Part shown: one piece after another, positions 9,605 through 23,202 of the stretch | Layout: every line of letters starts with the position of its first letter | Numbering within the stretch: position 1 is the stretch's first letter | NCBI RefSeq assembly: GCF_049554935.1 | Contig: NZ_CP186926.1 | Location: 64,001-128,000, forward strand | Direction of reading: 5' to 3' | Origin: Methanocaldococcus indicus | GTDB lineage: Archaea > AGJL01 > Methanococci > Methanococcales > Methanocaldococcaceae | Length of the DNA: 64,000 nucleotides | Notes under the pieces: model-generated | What the model was told of the DNA's origin: nothing | The model's input: only the letters and a program-made list of their open reading frames with translations | Databases searched by the model: none | Translations under genes and position numbers: made by a program

Positions 9605-10317
9605 TTTAAACCCTTACAAAGAAATTTTACTGCATTGTAGTATCTCTTCCAGTTACCATTTCTACTTGTATCTATAAAATTAACTTTTTTATTTAATATT
9701 ATAGCTCCATATCCTTCTAAATTAAAAATTAAAGCTAAACATCTAAAAATTAAATTTCCAGTTATTCCATCAATAGCTATAATAACATTACATTTCTCTC
9801 TTAAATATTCTTCTATTAGTATTCCTTTATGTACTATATTTAAATCTTTTATTTCATTTTTTATTCTTTCAGCCTCTAAAATCGTTTTATCTATTACCTT
9901 TCCCCTACCTAAATCATCTAATCTTCCACCTGAAAGTAGTCCTATTTTTGGAGTAATATTTAAACTATTTAAAAAATTGGATGAATATTTAACAATATTT
10001 ATTTTATCTTTTATTCTCTCCTCTTTATTTTCTGATATCTCATCTATTCCAACAGGTGAAAGTAAAAAAATCTCATCTTTATAGAAGGGATTTTTTAATA
10101 TAGAAGCTCTATAAAATTTTCCTATTTTTTCTCTTAAATATAAAACTGTCTTAGATGGTAAAGAACCTCTAACAGCTCCAGAAATCTCTTTATTTAATAG
10201 ACTGTCAATAAGTTCCTTATAGTTATCAAACAGTTGAACTTCAATCCCTTCAGATTTTAACTTTTCATAAGCTTTTAAAACCTCTTTTTTTTTCTCTCCT
10301 AATCCTAATCCAATCAT
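9601..10317 (-). CDS. mtxX: Methanogenesis marker protein Mmp4/MtxX
   Basis: AVRGSLPS, SPVGIDE, LSGGRLDDLGR, DGITGNLIFR, FIDTSR. Confidence 0.88.
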   Translation of the reverse strand: MIGLGLGEKKKEVLKAYEKLKSEGIEVQLFDNYKELIDSLLNKEISGAVRGSLPSKTVLYLREKIGKFYRASILKNPFYKDEIFLLSPVGIDEISENKEERIKDKINIVKYSSNFLNSLNITPKIGLLSGGRLDDLGRGKVIDKTILEAERIKNEIKDLNIVHKGILIEEYLREKCNVIIAIDGITGNLIFRCLALIFNLEGYGAIILNKKVNFIDTSRNGNWKRYYNAVKFLCKGLK

Positions 10318-11291
10318 ACTTCCACTGGGATTCCTAAGATGTTTCTTTCTCCTTTTAATATATCTTCTGCTATTAATGATAAACCTATTGCAGCACTCTC
10401 ACCATCTAAAATATATATTTCTCCATTTACAAATTTTTTTATTTCATTAGGAATATTAATATTGTCTCTATACACACCCACAGAGCCAGCTAATACTACA
10501 ATTTTTTTATCTAAAAGAGGTAATAAAGAATTTATTTCCATAGCTACACTTAAAATTAAGCTGTCTATTGCTAATTTACAATTTTCATCTTTATGATAAT
10601 TTTTTAGGATTTCTTCTTTTGTATTTTCAACTCCTAAATATCTTTTAGCTATTTTAACAGCTCCAGCTGTTGAGAATGCTTCATTTGCAGTTATTTCTTT
10701 ATTATCTATCTTTCTAATTAATTCTAAATCTATTGGTCCATGCAAAATACCTATTGCACCAATACAGGCATCAAAGCCTCCAAAGAATTTTTTATCTTTT
10801 ATTAATAGAGTTACTGTATTTGAAGAGATATCAGAAAGAACAAAATCATTTAAGTTAAATTTTTTGTGTGCATAGTATGCAATTCCAATTTTTTCAGGAG
10901 AGGATATGTGTGAATATAAAGCTCTAAATCTTCTGTCTAAACATTCTATTCCCCTATGTAATCCTGGAATGACAATAGTTGGAATATTTGAGTTTTTAAT
11001 TTCATCATAAACTTTTGTTCCACCACCAATCTTTTTTCCAGCTCCTTCAATAGACAAAACTCCTCTATTTTTTACTCTTTCAATAGGCAAGATTTTATTT
11101 ATTCCATCTCCCATAGAGTATGTTAAAGCTATTAAATCAATATCTCCCAAAGAAACATAATTTTTTAATTCCTCTAAAAAAGATTTTTTTAAAAGTTCTG
11201 TTCTCTTTAGCTTAAAAATTGTATAATTTTTATTTTCTTTAATACAGACAACAATTCCAGATGTTCCATGGTCTATTCCAACAGTTATCAT
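10314..11291 (-). CDS. Methanogenesis marker 12 protein (UPF0285, ASKHA fold)
   Basis: VGIDHGTSG, YSMGDG, GGGTKV, SDISSNTV, HGPIDLE. Confidence 0.88.
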   Translation of the reverse strand: MITVGIDHGTSGIVVCIKENKNYTIFKLKRTELLKKSFLEELKNYVSLGDIDLIALTYSMGDGINKILPIERVKNRGVLSIEGAGKKIGGGTKVYDEIKNSNIPTIVIPGLHRGIECLDRRFRALYSHISSPEKIGIAYYAHKKFNLNDFVLSDISSNTVTLLIKDKKFFGGFDACIGAIGILHGPIDLELIRKIDNKEITANEAFSTAGAVKIAKRYLGVENTKEEILKNYHKDENCKLAIDSLILSVAMEINSLLPLLDKKIVVLAGSVGVYRDNINIPNEIKKFVNGEIYILDGESAAIGLSLIAEDILKGERNILGIPVEV

Positions 11292-11410
11292 TAACTCACC
11301 ACAAAAAATTTTTAATAAATAAATCCAATAGAGTTAAAAAAAGAGTTTAGTATATGTTTCCTAACAAATGCATTAGTTTAACATAAATTATTTTTAGAAG
11401 CATATTATCA

Positions 11411-11524
11411 CTAAACTATATTTTGGGATTTATCATATTTTTCCAATAATTCCAAAATATTAATGTTACCACTAAAATGATTAATTATTACATTTGAATC
11501 AATAAACGCTTTTATAATCCCCAT
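11411..11524 (-). pseudogene. Truncated VapC/PIN-domain toxin (MGIIKAFIDSNVIINHFSGNINILELLEKYDKSQNIV*)
   Basis: ATG at 11524 overlaps the antitoxin 3' end; PIN N-terminal motif xFxDSNVII; stops after 37 codons, with no room for a ~130-aa PIN before the next gene. Confidence 0.72.
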
Positions 11525-11697
11525 TCCTCTTCAGCCTCTCTCATAGCTTTCTTAACATCTTCCTTCTTAAACTTTCCATAGAGTTTCATAACACTAATTT
11601 TTCTTTCAATTTCTTTCTTTATTTTTTTGGTAATTTCTTCAATGTCAATATATTTCAAATCCTTATCAGGAATCTCAATTTTTATAGTAATTTCCAT
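11512..11697 (-). CDS. Putative antitoxin (small VapB-like protein, 61 aa)
   Basis: GGTGA RBS before ATG 11697 (MEITIKIEIPD...EAEEEWGL); overlaps a PIN remnant. The longer ORF-track start lies inside gatD. Confidence 0.65.
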   Translation of the reverse strand: MEITIKIEIPDKDLKYIDIEEITKKIKKEIERKISVMKLYGKFKKEDVKKAMREAEEEWGL

Positions 11698-11740
11698 TTT
11701 TTCACCTAAAAATTTAAATGAAAGTAAAAAACAAAAATAG

Positions 11741-12976
<1,236 letters not shown>

Positions 12977-12985
12977 TATTTCTCC

Positions 12986-14062
12986 TCACTTTATTATTTT
13001 TTTATAAAGGATATTATTTCTTTGGAATAGATTTTCTATCTCAAATATTAACTCATCAAAATAATATTCTTTTTCATTAAATATTTTTAATAGCTCTCCT
13101 GCTTCATCATCCCTACAATTTATAATTTTAAAGATAACAGAACCTATTGTAATATTACTCTTACTTAGTAAGTTGTCCTTATCTCCATCAACTACACCAA
13201 CAACCCTAACATTAAACCTTGCTAAGATATCCCCAACTATTTCAGTTGTATCATCTCCAATTGTTATAACTGCTAAATAATCTTTATATTTTAGAGCATC
13301 TTCACCAAAATGGTTTATATACCCAACTCTTCCAAAGTCTTTTTTTGGATAAGAAATTAAATCTTTATTATCTCTCCTCAATAAACCAGTTTTTATAACA
13401 GCTTTCTCTAAATCTATCTTTCCTAATCTTTCTAAACCTTCCTCTTTTAGAGTACCTCCAATTATTGAAATATTTCCATCTTCTTCTATTAAAATAACTT
13501 CATCATTATCAGCTCTTCCTATAACAACTCCATTTACAACTATTGGCTCTCCTTTCTCAACTCCATGTATTCTCCTAAATTTCTTATTTTTTTCTTTCCA
13601 AAATGTTAGACCATCAGAAATACATCTTTCTATTTTTAAATTTAACTCTTCTGATAGATACTTTACTATTTCATTTAATTTAGTATTTGAGTTATCAAAG
13701 TTCCATAATAAAATAGAGCCATCATTCTCTCCAGGTCTTTCTATCTGTATAATTGGCTTATTTATATTTGCTCTCTCAACAACAATTTTTCCAAAAGTAT
13801 GTCCAGTTATTTTAGATTTTCCATAGTTCAATAAAAAAAGAACATCACAATCATTAGATAGTTTTTTTAAAGCTTCTGAAGGGTAAAGTTTTTCAGATAT
13901 ATCTATTATATTATCTAATTTATTATCAATAACTGCAACTCTTCCCATAGTGCCTCCTAACTTTGCCCTAACATCACCAAATTTTTTTAAAAGATTAATA
14001 ATTTTTAGGGCATAACCACTATCTACAATCTTTGGTCCATGGACAACTACTCCAATCTTCAT
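12986..14062 (-). CDS. DUF2117 family methanogen protein
   Basis: IGVVVHGP...DSG, LGGTMGRVAV, NYGKS, IGDDTT, DGDKD. Confidence 0.85.
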   Translation of the reverse strand: MKIGVVVHGPKIVDSGYALKIINLLKKFGDVRAKLGGTMGRVAVIDNKLDNIIDISEKLYPSEALKKLSNDCDVLFLLNYGKSKITGHTFGKIVVERANINKPIIQIERPGENDGSILLWNFDNSNTKLNEIVKYLSEELNLKIERCISDGLTFWKEKNKKFRRIHGVEKGEPIVVNGVVIGRADNDEVILIEEDGNISIIGGTLKEEGLERLGKIDLEKAVIKTGLLRRDNKDLISYPKKDFGRVGYINHFGEDALKYKDYLAVITIGDDTTEIVGDILARFNVRVVGVVDGDKDNLLSKSNITIGSVIFKIINCRDDEAGELLKIFNEKEYYFDELIFEIENLFQRNNILYKKIIK

Positions 14063-14064
14063 AA

Positions 14065-14916
14065 TTATTCAGCAAAATATCTTATAACATCTTTTTCGGT
14101 TATTATTCCAATTAGTTTATTGTCATCATCAACAACAGGAATTGCCCCTACATTTTTCTCAATCATAATTTTAGCAACATCTTTTAACTTAGCTTCTTCA
14201 TTAGTTGTTATAACATTTTTAGCCATAATCTCTTCCATTCTTACATTGGTAATTTCTCTGACATTTCCAGTTTTTAATTTCTCAAAAGCCCAATCACTAC
14301 CTAAAAGCTTTATAAAGTCAGTTGTTGTAATTATTCCTACTAATTTCTCTTCTCTAACTACTGGTAATCTTCTAAATTTATTTCTCACCATAGTTCTTGC
14401 AACATCTTTTAATCTCTCTCCAGGAGTAGCACATATAACTTTTTTTGTTGTATATTTATCTATTGTTGTATCTTCATCAATCTTATCAATTAATGTCTTA
14501 ATAACATCTCTCTCAGTTATAACTCCTAAAATTTTATTATCTTTATTTACTATTGGAACTCCTCCAACATTTTTCTCTAAAAATGTTTCAATAGCTTCAT
14601 CAATATCTGCATTCTCACTTAATGTAACAACATCCTTAGTCATAATTTCTTTAACTTTGTCATTTATTGCATGGTAAAAGTTTCTATTATGTTTCTCTCT
14701 AATTAAATTGTATTTGTCTCCTCCACCAATAAAATTAACTATATCCATAGCTGTTATAATTCCTTCTAACTTTTTACTTCCAGGATTTGCTACTGGTAAT
14801 CTTCTAAATTGGTTGTTGTTCATTATGATTAAAGCTTTTCTTATAGTTGTGGTTGGAGGAATTAAAACTAATTTTTTTCCTTTTACTACATCAAGAGCTC
14901 TCACACATTTCACCAA
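14065..14916 (-). CDS. Four-CBS-domain protein
   Basis: Repeated RRLPV...GIIT..D CBS units; the true start may be a few codons downstream. Confidence 0.93.
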   Translation of the reverse strand: MVKCVRALDVVKGKKLVLIPPTTTIRKALIIMNNNQFRRLPVANPGSKKLEGIITAMDIVNFIGGGDKYNLIREKHNRNFYHAINDKVKEIMTKDVVTLSENADIDEAIETFLEKNVGGVPIVNKDNKILGVITERDVIKTLIDKIDEDTTIDKYTTKKVICATPGERLKDVARTMVRNKFRRLPVVREEKLVGIITTTDFIKLLGSDWAFEKLKTGNVREITNVRMEEIMAKNVITTNEEAKLKDVAKIMIEKNVGAIPVVDDDNKLIGIITEKDVIRYFAE

Positions 14917-15036
14917 TGAAAATTAGATTCTATATAATACTTAATTTCAGTAAAATAAATAGTTTATGATTTATAAAAAATTTTGAATTTTCTAAAAAAA
15001 GAATAAAAATATTAAAAATAAATATTAAAAATTATG

Positions 15037-16113
15037 TTATAAGTTTTCTTTTACTACTTTTGCTATTGCCCTACTTACACATGGTGGAACACTTTCTCCA
15101 ATCTGATTTAAAGAACTTCTTAATCCTCCTGCAAAGAGATGATAATCTGGATAACTCATCAATCTTGCCTGTTCTCTTGGAGTTAGTAATCTATCTTCAT
15201 AAGGATGAATAAAAAACCTCTTACCCATAACTGTCTCAGCTAATTTAAATGGATGTAATCTTATATAATTTCCTAATCTTCTATTAGCTCCTTTAAAGTA
15301 TAAGAAGGCATCTCCCCATCCAAGTTTATGAACTTTATTTCTATATCTCTTAGGAAGAGCCATATACTCATGGTTAGGAATATCTCTCCCTTTATACATT
15401 AAATCTCCAATAGCTTCAATAACTGTTGTTTTTTTAGTTTTTTCTGGATTTATTTCTATATTAGAGATAAATACTCTCCTTCTTACAGAAGGATTACCAT
15501 AATCTTCTGCATTTAACTCATTGAAGTATATGCTTTCATAACCTATATCCCTAAATTCTTTTATTAACTCTCCTTTAACATCTTTAATTCCTGGAACATT
15601 TTCCATAACAAAGATTTTTGGTTGTAAGTCTCCAACAATTCTTATATACTCTAAAACCAACCTTCCTGTCTCATCTTTATATAATCTATTAAAAGGATTT
15701 TTTTCTCTTTTAGGATTAGCTCCTGTATAACCTTCACAAGGAGGCCCTCCAATAACAACATCAACTTTTTTCTTAATTAGTTTCTCTATATCAATAGAAT
15801 GAATTTCTCTAATATCTCCATTAATAACTATTGGATTTAAATCTTCTCTATATGTTTTTAAAAATTTTAACCATTTAATAGATTCTTCATCAAAAGGATG
15901 TTTAAAAGGATAAATAGAGACATATCCTTTTAATTCCCTAATTTTAAATTCATTGTTTATTTTTTCTAAAATAGTTCCATTAAAATTTAAAGCATAGGAA
16001 AAAGCAGCATCTTCCTCTAATTCAATAGCCAATAAAGGATTAAATCCTTCTTCAACAAAACCTCTCGAAAATCCACCAGCTCCTGAAAATAAATCTATGA
16101 ACTTCATAACCAA
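15037..16113 (-). CDS. Orphan C5-cytosine methyltransferase
   Basis: FSGAGG (motif I), GGPPC (IV), ENV (VI), RRRVF (VIII), QIGESVPP (X); no adjacent endonuclease. Confidence 0.92.
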   Translation of the reverse strand: MVMKFIDLFSGAGGFSRGFVEEGFNPLLAIELEEDAAFSYALNFNGTILEKINNEFKIRELKGYVSIYPFKHPFDEESIKWLKFLKTYREDLNPIVINGDIREIHSIDIEKLIKKKVDVVIGGPPCEGYTGANPKREKNPFNRLYKDETGRLVLEYIRIVGDLQPKIFVMENVPGIKDVKGELIKEFRDIGYESIYFNELNAEDYGNPSVRRRVFISNIEINPEKTKKTTVIEAIGDLMYKGRDIPNHEYMALPKRYRNKVHKLGWGDAFLYFKGANRRLGNYIRLHPFKLAETVMGKRFFIHPYEDRLLTPREQARLMSYPDYHLFAGGLRSSLNQIGESVPPCVSRAIAKVVKENL

Positions 16114-16114
16114 C

Positions 16115-16318
16115 TCATTGTTTTGCTTTTAATTCTTTTTTCATATCTTGGTATATTTTTGTCCATTTTAGTTTTCTTGGATTTCTTCCCATAAAGTAAC
16201 TTTTTTCACATTTTCTTGAACAGAAGTATAAAACTTTTCCATCTTTTTCAACATAAACTTTTCCTGTTCCAGGCTCTATTTCATAACCACAAAAACTACA
16301 TTTTTTCCATTCTGGCAT
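16115..16318 (-). CDS. rpl24e: 50S ribosomal protein L24e
   Basis: [26 protein letters not shown]. Confidence 0.97.
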   Translation of the reverse strand: MPEWKKCSFCGYEIEPGTGKVYVEKDGKVLYFCSRKCEKSYFMGRNPRKLKWTKIYQDMKKELKAKQ

Positions 16319-16334
16319 AAATATCCCTCTAAAT

Positions 16335-16562
16335 TTATCTTCTTCTGTCTAATGGTCTTGCTTCTCTTTCTGTTTCTCTTAACATAATAATGTCTCCAAC
16401 TTTAACAGGACCTTTAACATTTCTTACTAAAACTCTACCAGTATCTTTTCCTCCCAATATTTTACATCTAACTTGGATAATTCCCCCAGTAACTCCTGTT
16501 CTTCCAATAATTTCAATAACTTCAGCAGCAACAGCCTCTTTATATACAAATTCATCCTCCAT
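16335..16562 (-). CDS. rps28e: 30S ribosomal protein S28e
   Basis: GRTGVTG, RNVKGPV, ETEREA. Confidence 0.97.
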   Translation of the reverse strand: MEDEFVYKEAVAAEVIEIIGRTGVTGGIIQVRCKILGGKDTGRVLVRNVKGPVKVGDIIMLRETEREARPLDRRR

Positions 16563-16627
16563 ATTTTCACCAAAAAATATAATTTAAAATTGTGTTTTAG
16601 GAAAAATATTAATTAGTTAAAATAATT

Positions 16628-16981
16628 TTATTCTTTTAATGCATTAATTTTTTCTATTAATTTGTTTAATTCTTCTTCATTGTCAGGCTCAATAATAGCA
16701 ACTGATGATGATGCTACTTCTATTCCTGCTGCCTTACCTAAATCTTGTTTTGATAAGACATAAGCATATGGAATATTTTTCTCTTCACATAATGGTGGGA
16801 GATGAGCAACTATCTCCTCTGGTTTAACATCTTCAGCAATAACAACTAACTTAGCAATTCCTCTCTCAACTGCTTTTGTAACTTCATTGGCTCCTTTTCT
16901 AATTTTTTTTGCTTTTGCAACCATATCTAAAATTTCTTTTTGTACATCTTCTGGAACATTGAACTTTACATAAATAGCCAT
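16628..16981 (-). CDS. rpl7ae: 50S ribosomal protein L7Ae (K-turn binding protein)
   Basis: [22 protein letters not shown]; likely start MAIYVKF at 16981 after GGAGGG. Confidence 0.97.
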   Translation of the reverse strand: MAIYVKFNVPEDVQKEILDMVAKAKKIRKGANEVTKAVERGIAKLVVIAEDVKPEEIVAHLPPLCEEKNIPYAYVLSKQDLGKAAGIEVASSSVAIIEPDNEEELNKLIEKINALKE

Positions 16982-16992
16982 TTTTATCCCTC

Positions 16993-17042
16993 CTTCATTT
17001 TTATTGGGCAATCCGGAGGGATTGCCCTTTAATATAATGAAG
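16993..17042 (-). promoter_or_regulatory. Long hairpin spanning the rpl7ae 5' leader
   Basis: Perfect 9-bp stem (17006-17014 with 17019-17027) extended by CTTCATT/AATGAAG; TATA-like TTTAAATA about 25 nt upstream. Confidence 0.6.
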
Positions 17043-17086
17043 TTAATAAAAAAATAGTAAAATACTATTTAAAAGTTTTGCTAAAA

Positions 17087-17359
<273 letters not shown>

Positions 17360-17446
17360 TTACAGTATATAAAGTTTATTGTTAAGAAAATTATATAAAT
17401 TAGACTAAAATGAAATTGAATATACTATAACTGAAATTGTGATATC

Positions 17447-17995
17447 TTGATAATTAAGAATGAGATTGAAGTTATTGGTTTTGATGATGCTCCTTTTAAA
17501 AAGAATGATAAAGATTGTATCTTGACAGCTGTATATATGAGAGGAAACAAAATAGTTGATGGTGTCTATTTTAAAAAGTTTCAAAAGGATGGATTAGATG
17601 TTACTAACAAAATTATAGATGTTGTTAAAGGAAAACACTATAACAAAATAAAAGTTATTTTTTTGTCAGGAATAACCTTTGGAGGATTTAATATAGCTGA
17701 TATAAATGAGATATACAAAAGAACCAATATTCCTGTGGTTGTTGTTATTGACAAATATCCAAATTATGAGAAAATATTTAATGCAATTAAAAAACATTTT
17801 TTAGATTATAATATAAGAATTGAGATAATAAAATCTCAACCAAAACCAGTAAAGTTAGATAATATCTATGTTCAATATGTAGGAATTGATTTAAAATCAA
17901 TAAAAAAGATTCTTGAAAAAACAAGATTAAAAAGTAAATTTCCAGAATGTTTAAGATTAGCCCATTTAATTGGAAGAGGATTTTTGTATTTATAA
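17447..17995 (+). CDS. DUF99/UPF0215 protein (endonuclease V superfamily)
   Basis: IGFDDAPF, DGLDVT, GITFGGFN, PECLRLAHLI. Confidence 0.88.
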   Translation: MIIKNEIEVIGFDDAPFKKNDKDCILTAVYMRGNKIVDGVYFKKFQKDGLDVTNKIIDVVKGKHYNKIKVIFLSGITFGGFNIADINEIYKRTNIPVVVVIDKYPNYEKIFNAIKKHFLDYNIRIEIIKSQPKPVKLDNIYVQYVGIDLKSIKKILEKTRLKSKFPECLRLAHLIGRGFLYL

Positions 17996-18064
17996 GTTTT
18001 CAAGAGGTATATATAAAAGCCAGAAAACTTAATTAGAAAAATTAACATATTAAATAATGTAATA

Positions 18065-18583
18065 TCATAATATTTTTTTAACAACTTCACCTTTTTCTAT
18101 CAACTTTATAATTAAATCAATATTCACAGGTTTGTAGTTTATAACCTCAACAGAAACATTAATTCTCTTTGTTTTGGGATTTATAAATGGATAATTATCT
18201 AAGTCATTTGCATGATGATGTCCATGTATTATCCATCCATCAAAATTTAAAGTGTAAGAACTATCTGGATTATGTATTAACATGAATTTATAACCTTTAT
18301 ATTCAATAATTTTAAATTTTTCTCCAAATTTGTCATGATTTCCTCTTATAAATATAATTTCTCCATTCAAATTACTCATTATTTCTCTTGCTACTTTATT
18401 TTTATTTCTGCTTAAATTAAAATCTCCTAAGAAATAAACAATATCATTATCTTTAACTGTGTTGTTCCAATTTTCTATAAGTATTCTATTCATCTCTTCT
18501 ACATCTTTAAATGGTCTATTACAATACTTTATTATATTTACATGATTAAAATGTGTATCAGATATAAGGAATATTTTCCTCAT
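18065..18583 (-). CDS. Calcineurin-like metallophosphoesterase
   Basis: SDTHFNH, LGDF, GNHD, HGHHH. Confidence 0.92.
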   Translation of the reverse strand: MRKIFLISDTHFNHVNIIKYCNRPFKDVEEMNRILIENWNNTVKDNDIVYFLGDFNLSRNKNKVAREIMSNLNGEIIFIRGNHDKFGEKFKIIEYKGYKFMLIHNPDSSYTLNFDGWIIHGHHHANDLDNYPFINPKTKRINVSVEVINYKPVNIDLIIKLIEKGEVVKKIL

Positions 18584-18585
18584 AC

Positions 18586-19488
18586 TTAATCATCATAAAT
18601 AAATTTTAATAATCCTTTTTGTGCATGTAATCTATTTTCAGCTTGTTGATAGACAACAGAATTCTCACTATCAATAACATCATCAGTTATCTCTTTTCCT
18701 CTAATAGCTGGTAAGCAGTGCATAACTATACAGTCATCCTTAGCTAATTCCAAAGCTTCTTTATTTAATTGATAAGGTTTAAAGAGGTTTTCATCTTTTT
18801 CTTTTTCTCCCATACTAACCCATACATCAGTATATAATATATCTGCCTCTTCCAAAGCTTCTTTTGGATTGTTAGTTAGTGTTAAAGAGCCATCTCCATA
18901 TTTCTCAATAATATTTAAAGCTTTCAAAATATGTTTAGAGTTTGGTTCATAACCTCTTGGAGTAGCTATATAACAATCAATCCCTACCAAAGCACAACCT
19001 AAGATTAAAGAGTTGCACACATTGTTTCCATCTCCTAAATAAGCTAATTTTAAACCTTTAAATTTACCTTTCTTCTCTTTTATAGTTAGTAAATCTGCCA
19101 AAATTTGGCATGGATGAGCTAAATCAGAGAGTGCATTTATAACTGGAACATCTGAATATTTTGCTAATCTTTCTAATGATGTATGTGAAAAAACTCTGGC
19201 AATTATTCCATCTACATATCTACTTAAAACTTTGGCAGTATCTTTATAATCCTCCTTTCCTAAATGGAACTCTCCCTTATTTAAGGTTATTAAGTGCCCT
19301 CCTGATTCATATACTGCTAAATCAAAACTTATTCTTGTTCTTGTTGAAGGTTTCTCAAATATTATTACAAAACTTTTATCTTTAAGAAATTTTTCATGAG
19401 AATATCTATTTTTTTTAAATTTCCCACTATATTCCAAGATTTTATATATATCATCTCTACTAAATATATCTAAATCTAACACATGCAT
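18586..19488 (-). CDS. argF: Ornithine carbamoyltransferase
   Basis: [27 protein letters not shown]. Confidence 0.97.
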   Translation of the reverse strand: MHVLDLDIFSRDDIYKILEYSGKFKKNRYSHEKFLKDKSFVIIFEKPSTRTRISFDLAVYESGGHLITLNKGEFHLGKEDYKDTAKVLSRYVDGIIARVFSHTSLERLAKYSDVPVINALSDLAHPCQILADLLTIKEKKGKFKGLKLAYLGDGNNVCNSLILGCALVGIDCYIATPRGYEPNSKHILKALNIIEKYGDGSLTLTNNPKEALEEADILYTDVWVSMGEKEKDENLFKPYQLNKEALELAKDDCIVMHCLPAIRGKEITDDVIDSENSVVYQQAENRLHAQKGLLKFIYDD

Positions 19489-19580
19489 ATAAATCCCCTT
19501 AGAAATTTTTATTTATAAGTTAGAATAATAAATTTGGCAATAATTAAATAAATAATTTATATATTGTGAGGAGGTTGTTT

Positions 19581-20081
19581 ATGAGACATGTTATATCTGC
19601 CTTAGTTTTAAACAAACCAGGTGTTTTACAAAGAATAGCAGGGTTATTTACAAGAAGAGGATTTAATATATCAAGTATAACTGTTGGAATAACTGAAAAT
19701 CCTAATTTGTCAAGAATGACTATTGTTGTTAATGGAGATGACAAAATAGTAGAGCAGGTAATTAAACAACTAAATAAGTTAATTGATGTTATAAAAGTTT
19801 CTGAGTTGGATGATAAATCTGTCCAAAGAGAACTCTGTCTAATTAAAATTTATGCTCCAAATGAATCTACAAAATCTCAAGTTATTCAATATACAGATGT
19901 ATTTAGAGGAAGAATAGTAGATTTATCTCCTGAATCTTTAACTGTTGAAATAACAGGAAGTTCTGATAAAATTGATGCATTTGTAGAGTTAGTTAAGCCC
20001 TTTGGTATAAAAGAAATGGCAAGGACTGGAATAACTGCTATGGCAAGAGGTCCAAAAGTTTTAAAACCAAAATCAAGGTGA
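19581..20081 (+). CDS. ilvN: Acetolactate synthase small subunit
   Basis: [23 protein letters not shown] domain; ATG 19581 follows GAGGAGGT. Confidence 0.95.
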   Translation: MRHVISALVLNKPGVLQRIAGLFTRRGFNISSITVGITENPNLSRMTIVVNGDDKIVEQVIKQLNKLIDVIKVSELDDKSVQRELCLIKIYAPNESTKSQVIQYTDVFRGRIVDLSPESLTVEITGSSDKIDAFVELVKPFGIKEMARTGITAMARGPKVLKPKSR

Positions 20082-20085
20082 TTAA

Positions 20086-21483
20086 ATGGAAGATGTTAAA
20101 ATGATTTGCGGGTTAGAGATTCATGTCCAAATAGATACTAAATCTAAGTTATTTTGTAGATGTCCAACAAACTATAAGGATGTTGAACCAAACACAAATA
20201 TATGTCCAATATGTACAGGAATGCCTGGAGCTAAACCAATGCCTGTAAATAAAAAAGCTGTTGATGTTGCTTTAATGGTAGCTAAGATGTTAAACTGTGA
20301 GATAGTTCTTAACAAAGATATATATTTCCAAAGAAAACACTATGACTATCCTGACTTACCTAATGGTTATCAGAGAACATCTACACCAATAGGAGTTAAT
20401 GGAAATTTTTTAGGAATTGGGATAGAGGAGATACACTTAGAAGAAGACCCTGGACAGTATAATCCAAGTTTAGGATTAGTAGATTTTAATAGATGTGGAA
20501 CTCCTCTAATTGAGATAGTTACAAAACCAGATATTAGAAGTCCAGAAGAAGCAAGAAAATTCTTAAAGAATTTATTAACTCTATTTAGATATCTTGGGTA
20601 TCTTAGAGGAGAAGGAACAATGAGGGTGGATGTAAATATATCTATTGAATATAATGGAAAAAAAGGAAATAGAGTTGAAATAAAGAATGTCAATTCCATA
20701 AAAGGAGTTTATAAAGTTCTTAAATATGAATTAATAAGACAAAAAAATATAATGAAGAGAGGAGGAGAAGTAAAAAGAGAAACAAGAGCTTTCTTAGAAA
20801 GTCAAATGATTACAAAGGCAATGAGAAGTAAAGAGACTGCTGAAGATTATAGATACATCCCTGACCCAGATGTTCAGCCAATTGTTATAGATGAAGATTG
20901 GGTTAAAAAAATTGAACAAGAGATGCCAGAGACACCTTTAGAGAAGAAAAGAAGATTTATAGAGGAGTATAAAGTAGATGAGAAAGATGCAGAAGTCTTA
21001 ACAGCTGATTTAGACTTGGCAGAATTCTTTGAAAAAGTAGTTAAATTAACAAATGATTCTAAATTAGCAGTTGTATGGGTTAAAAATGAATTAGTAAGAA
21101 GTTTAAACTATCATAAATTAGATTTATATGAATGTGGTGTTAAACCAGAACATATAGCTGAATTAATAGAGTTAATCAAGAAAAAGGTTATATCTGAAAA
21201 AATTGCTAAGGAGTTAGTAGATGAGATAGTTAAAAATAGAGGAGAAAAAACACCAAAAGAGATAGTTAAAGAGAAAAACTTAACTGTTATAGAGGATGAA
21301 TCCTATTTAATAAAAGCAGTTGAAGAGGCAATAAAAAACAATCCATCAGCAGTTGAAGATTATCTATCTGGAAAGAAAGAAGCTCTTAATTTCTTAATGG
21401 GGCAAGTAATGAGAATAACAAAAGGTAGAGCTGAACCAAGAAAAGTTATTCAACTACTAAAAGAAAAATTAGATAAAAAATAA
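20086..21483 (+). CDS. gatB: Asp/Glu-tRNA amidotransferase subunit B
   Basis: GLEIHVQ, YPDLP, HLEEDPG, NRCGTPLIEIVT, YRYIPDPD. Confidence 0.97.
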   Translation: MEDVKMICGLEIHVQIDTKSKLFCRCPTNYKDVEPNTNICPICTGMPGAKPMPVNKKAVDVALMVAKMLNCEIVLNKDIYFQRKHYDYPDLPNGYQRTSTPIGVNGNFLGIGIEEIHLEEDPGQYNPSLGLVDFNRCGTPLIEIVTKPDIRSPEEARKFLKNLLTLFRYLGYLRGEGTMRVDVNISIEYNGKKGNRVEIKNVNSIKGVYKVLKYELIRQKNIMKRGGEVKRETRAFLESQMITKAMRSKETAEDYRYIPDPDVQPIVIDEDWVKKIEQEMPETPLEKKRRFIEEYKVDEKDAEVLTADLDLAEFFEKVVKLTNDSKLAVVWVKNELVRSLNYHKLDLYECGVKPEHIAELIELIKKKVISEKIAKELVDEIVKNRGEKTPKEIVKEKNLTVIEDESYLIKAVEEAIKNNPSAVEDYLSGKKEALNFLMGQVMRITKGRAEPRKVIQLLKEKLDKK

Positions 21484-21519
21484 ATAAAACCTAAAAATCT
21501 TTATTTTTTGGTGAGATTT

Positions 21520-23199
<1,680 letters not shown>

Positions 23200-23202
23200 T
23201 AT

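Noticed and set aside
14039-14677. 212-aa plus-strand ORF and other antisense ORFs (e.g. 20370-20699, 28531-28920, 30166-30414, 55203-55556, 60726-61094, 62659-63078)
   Set aside because: They lie opposite well-supported genes, have Ser/Ile/Phe-rich shadow composition and show no motifs.
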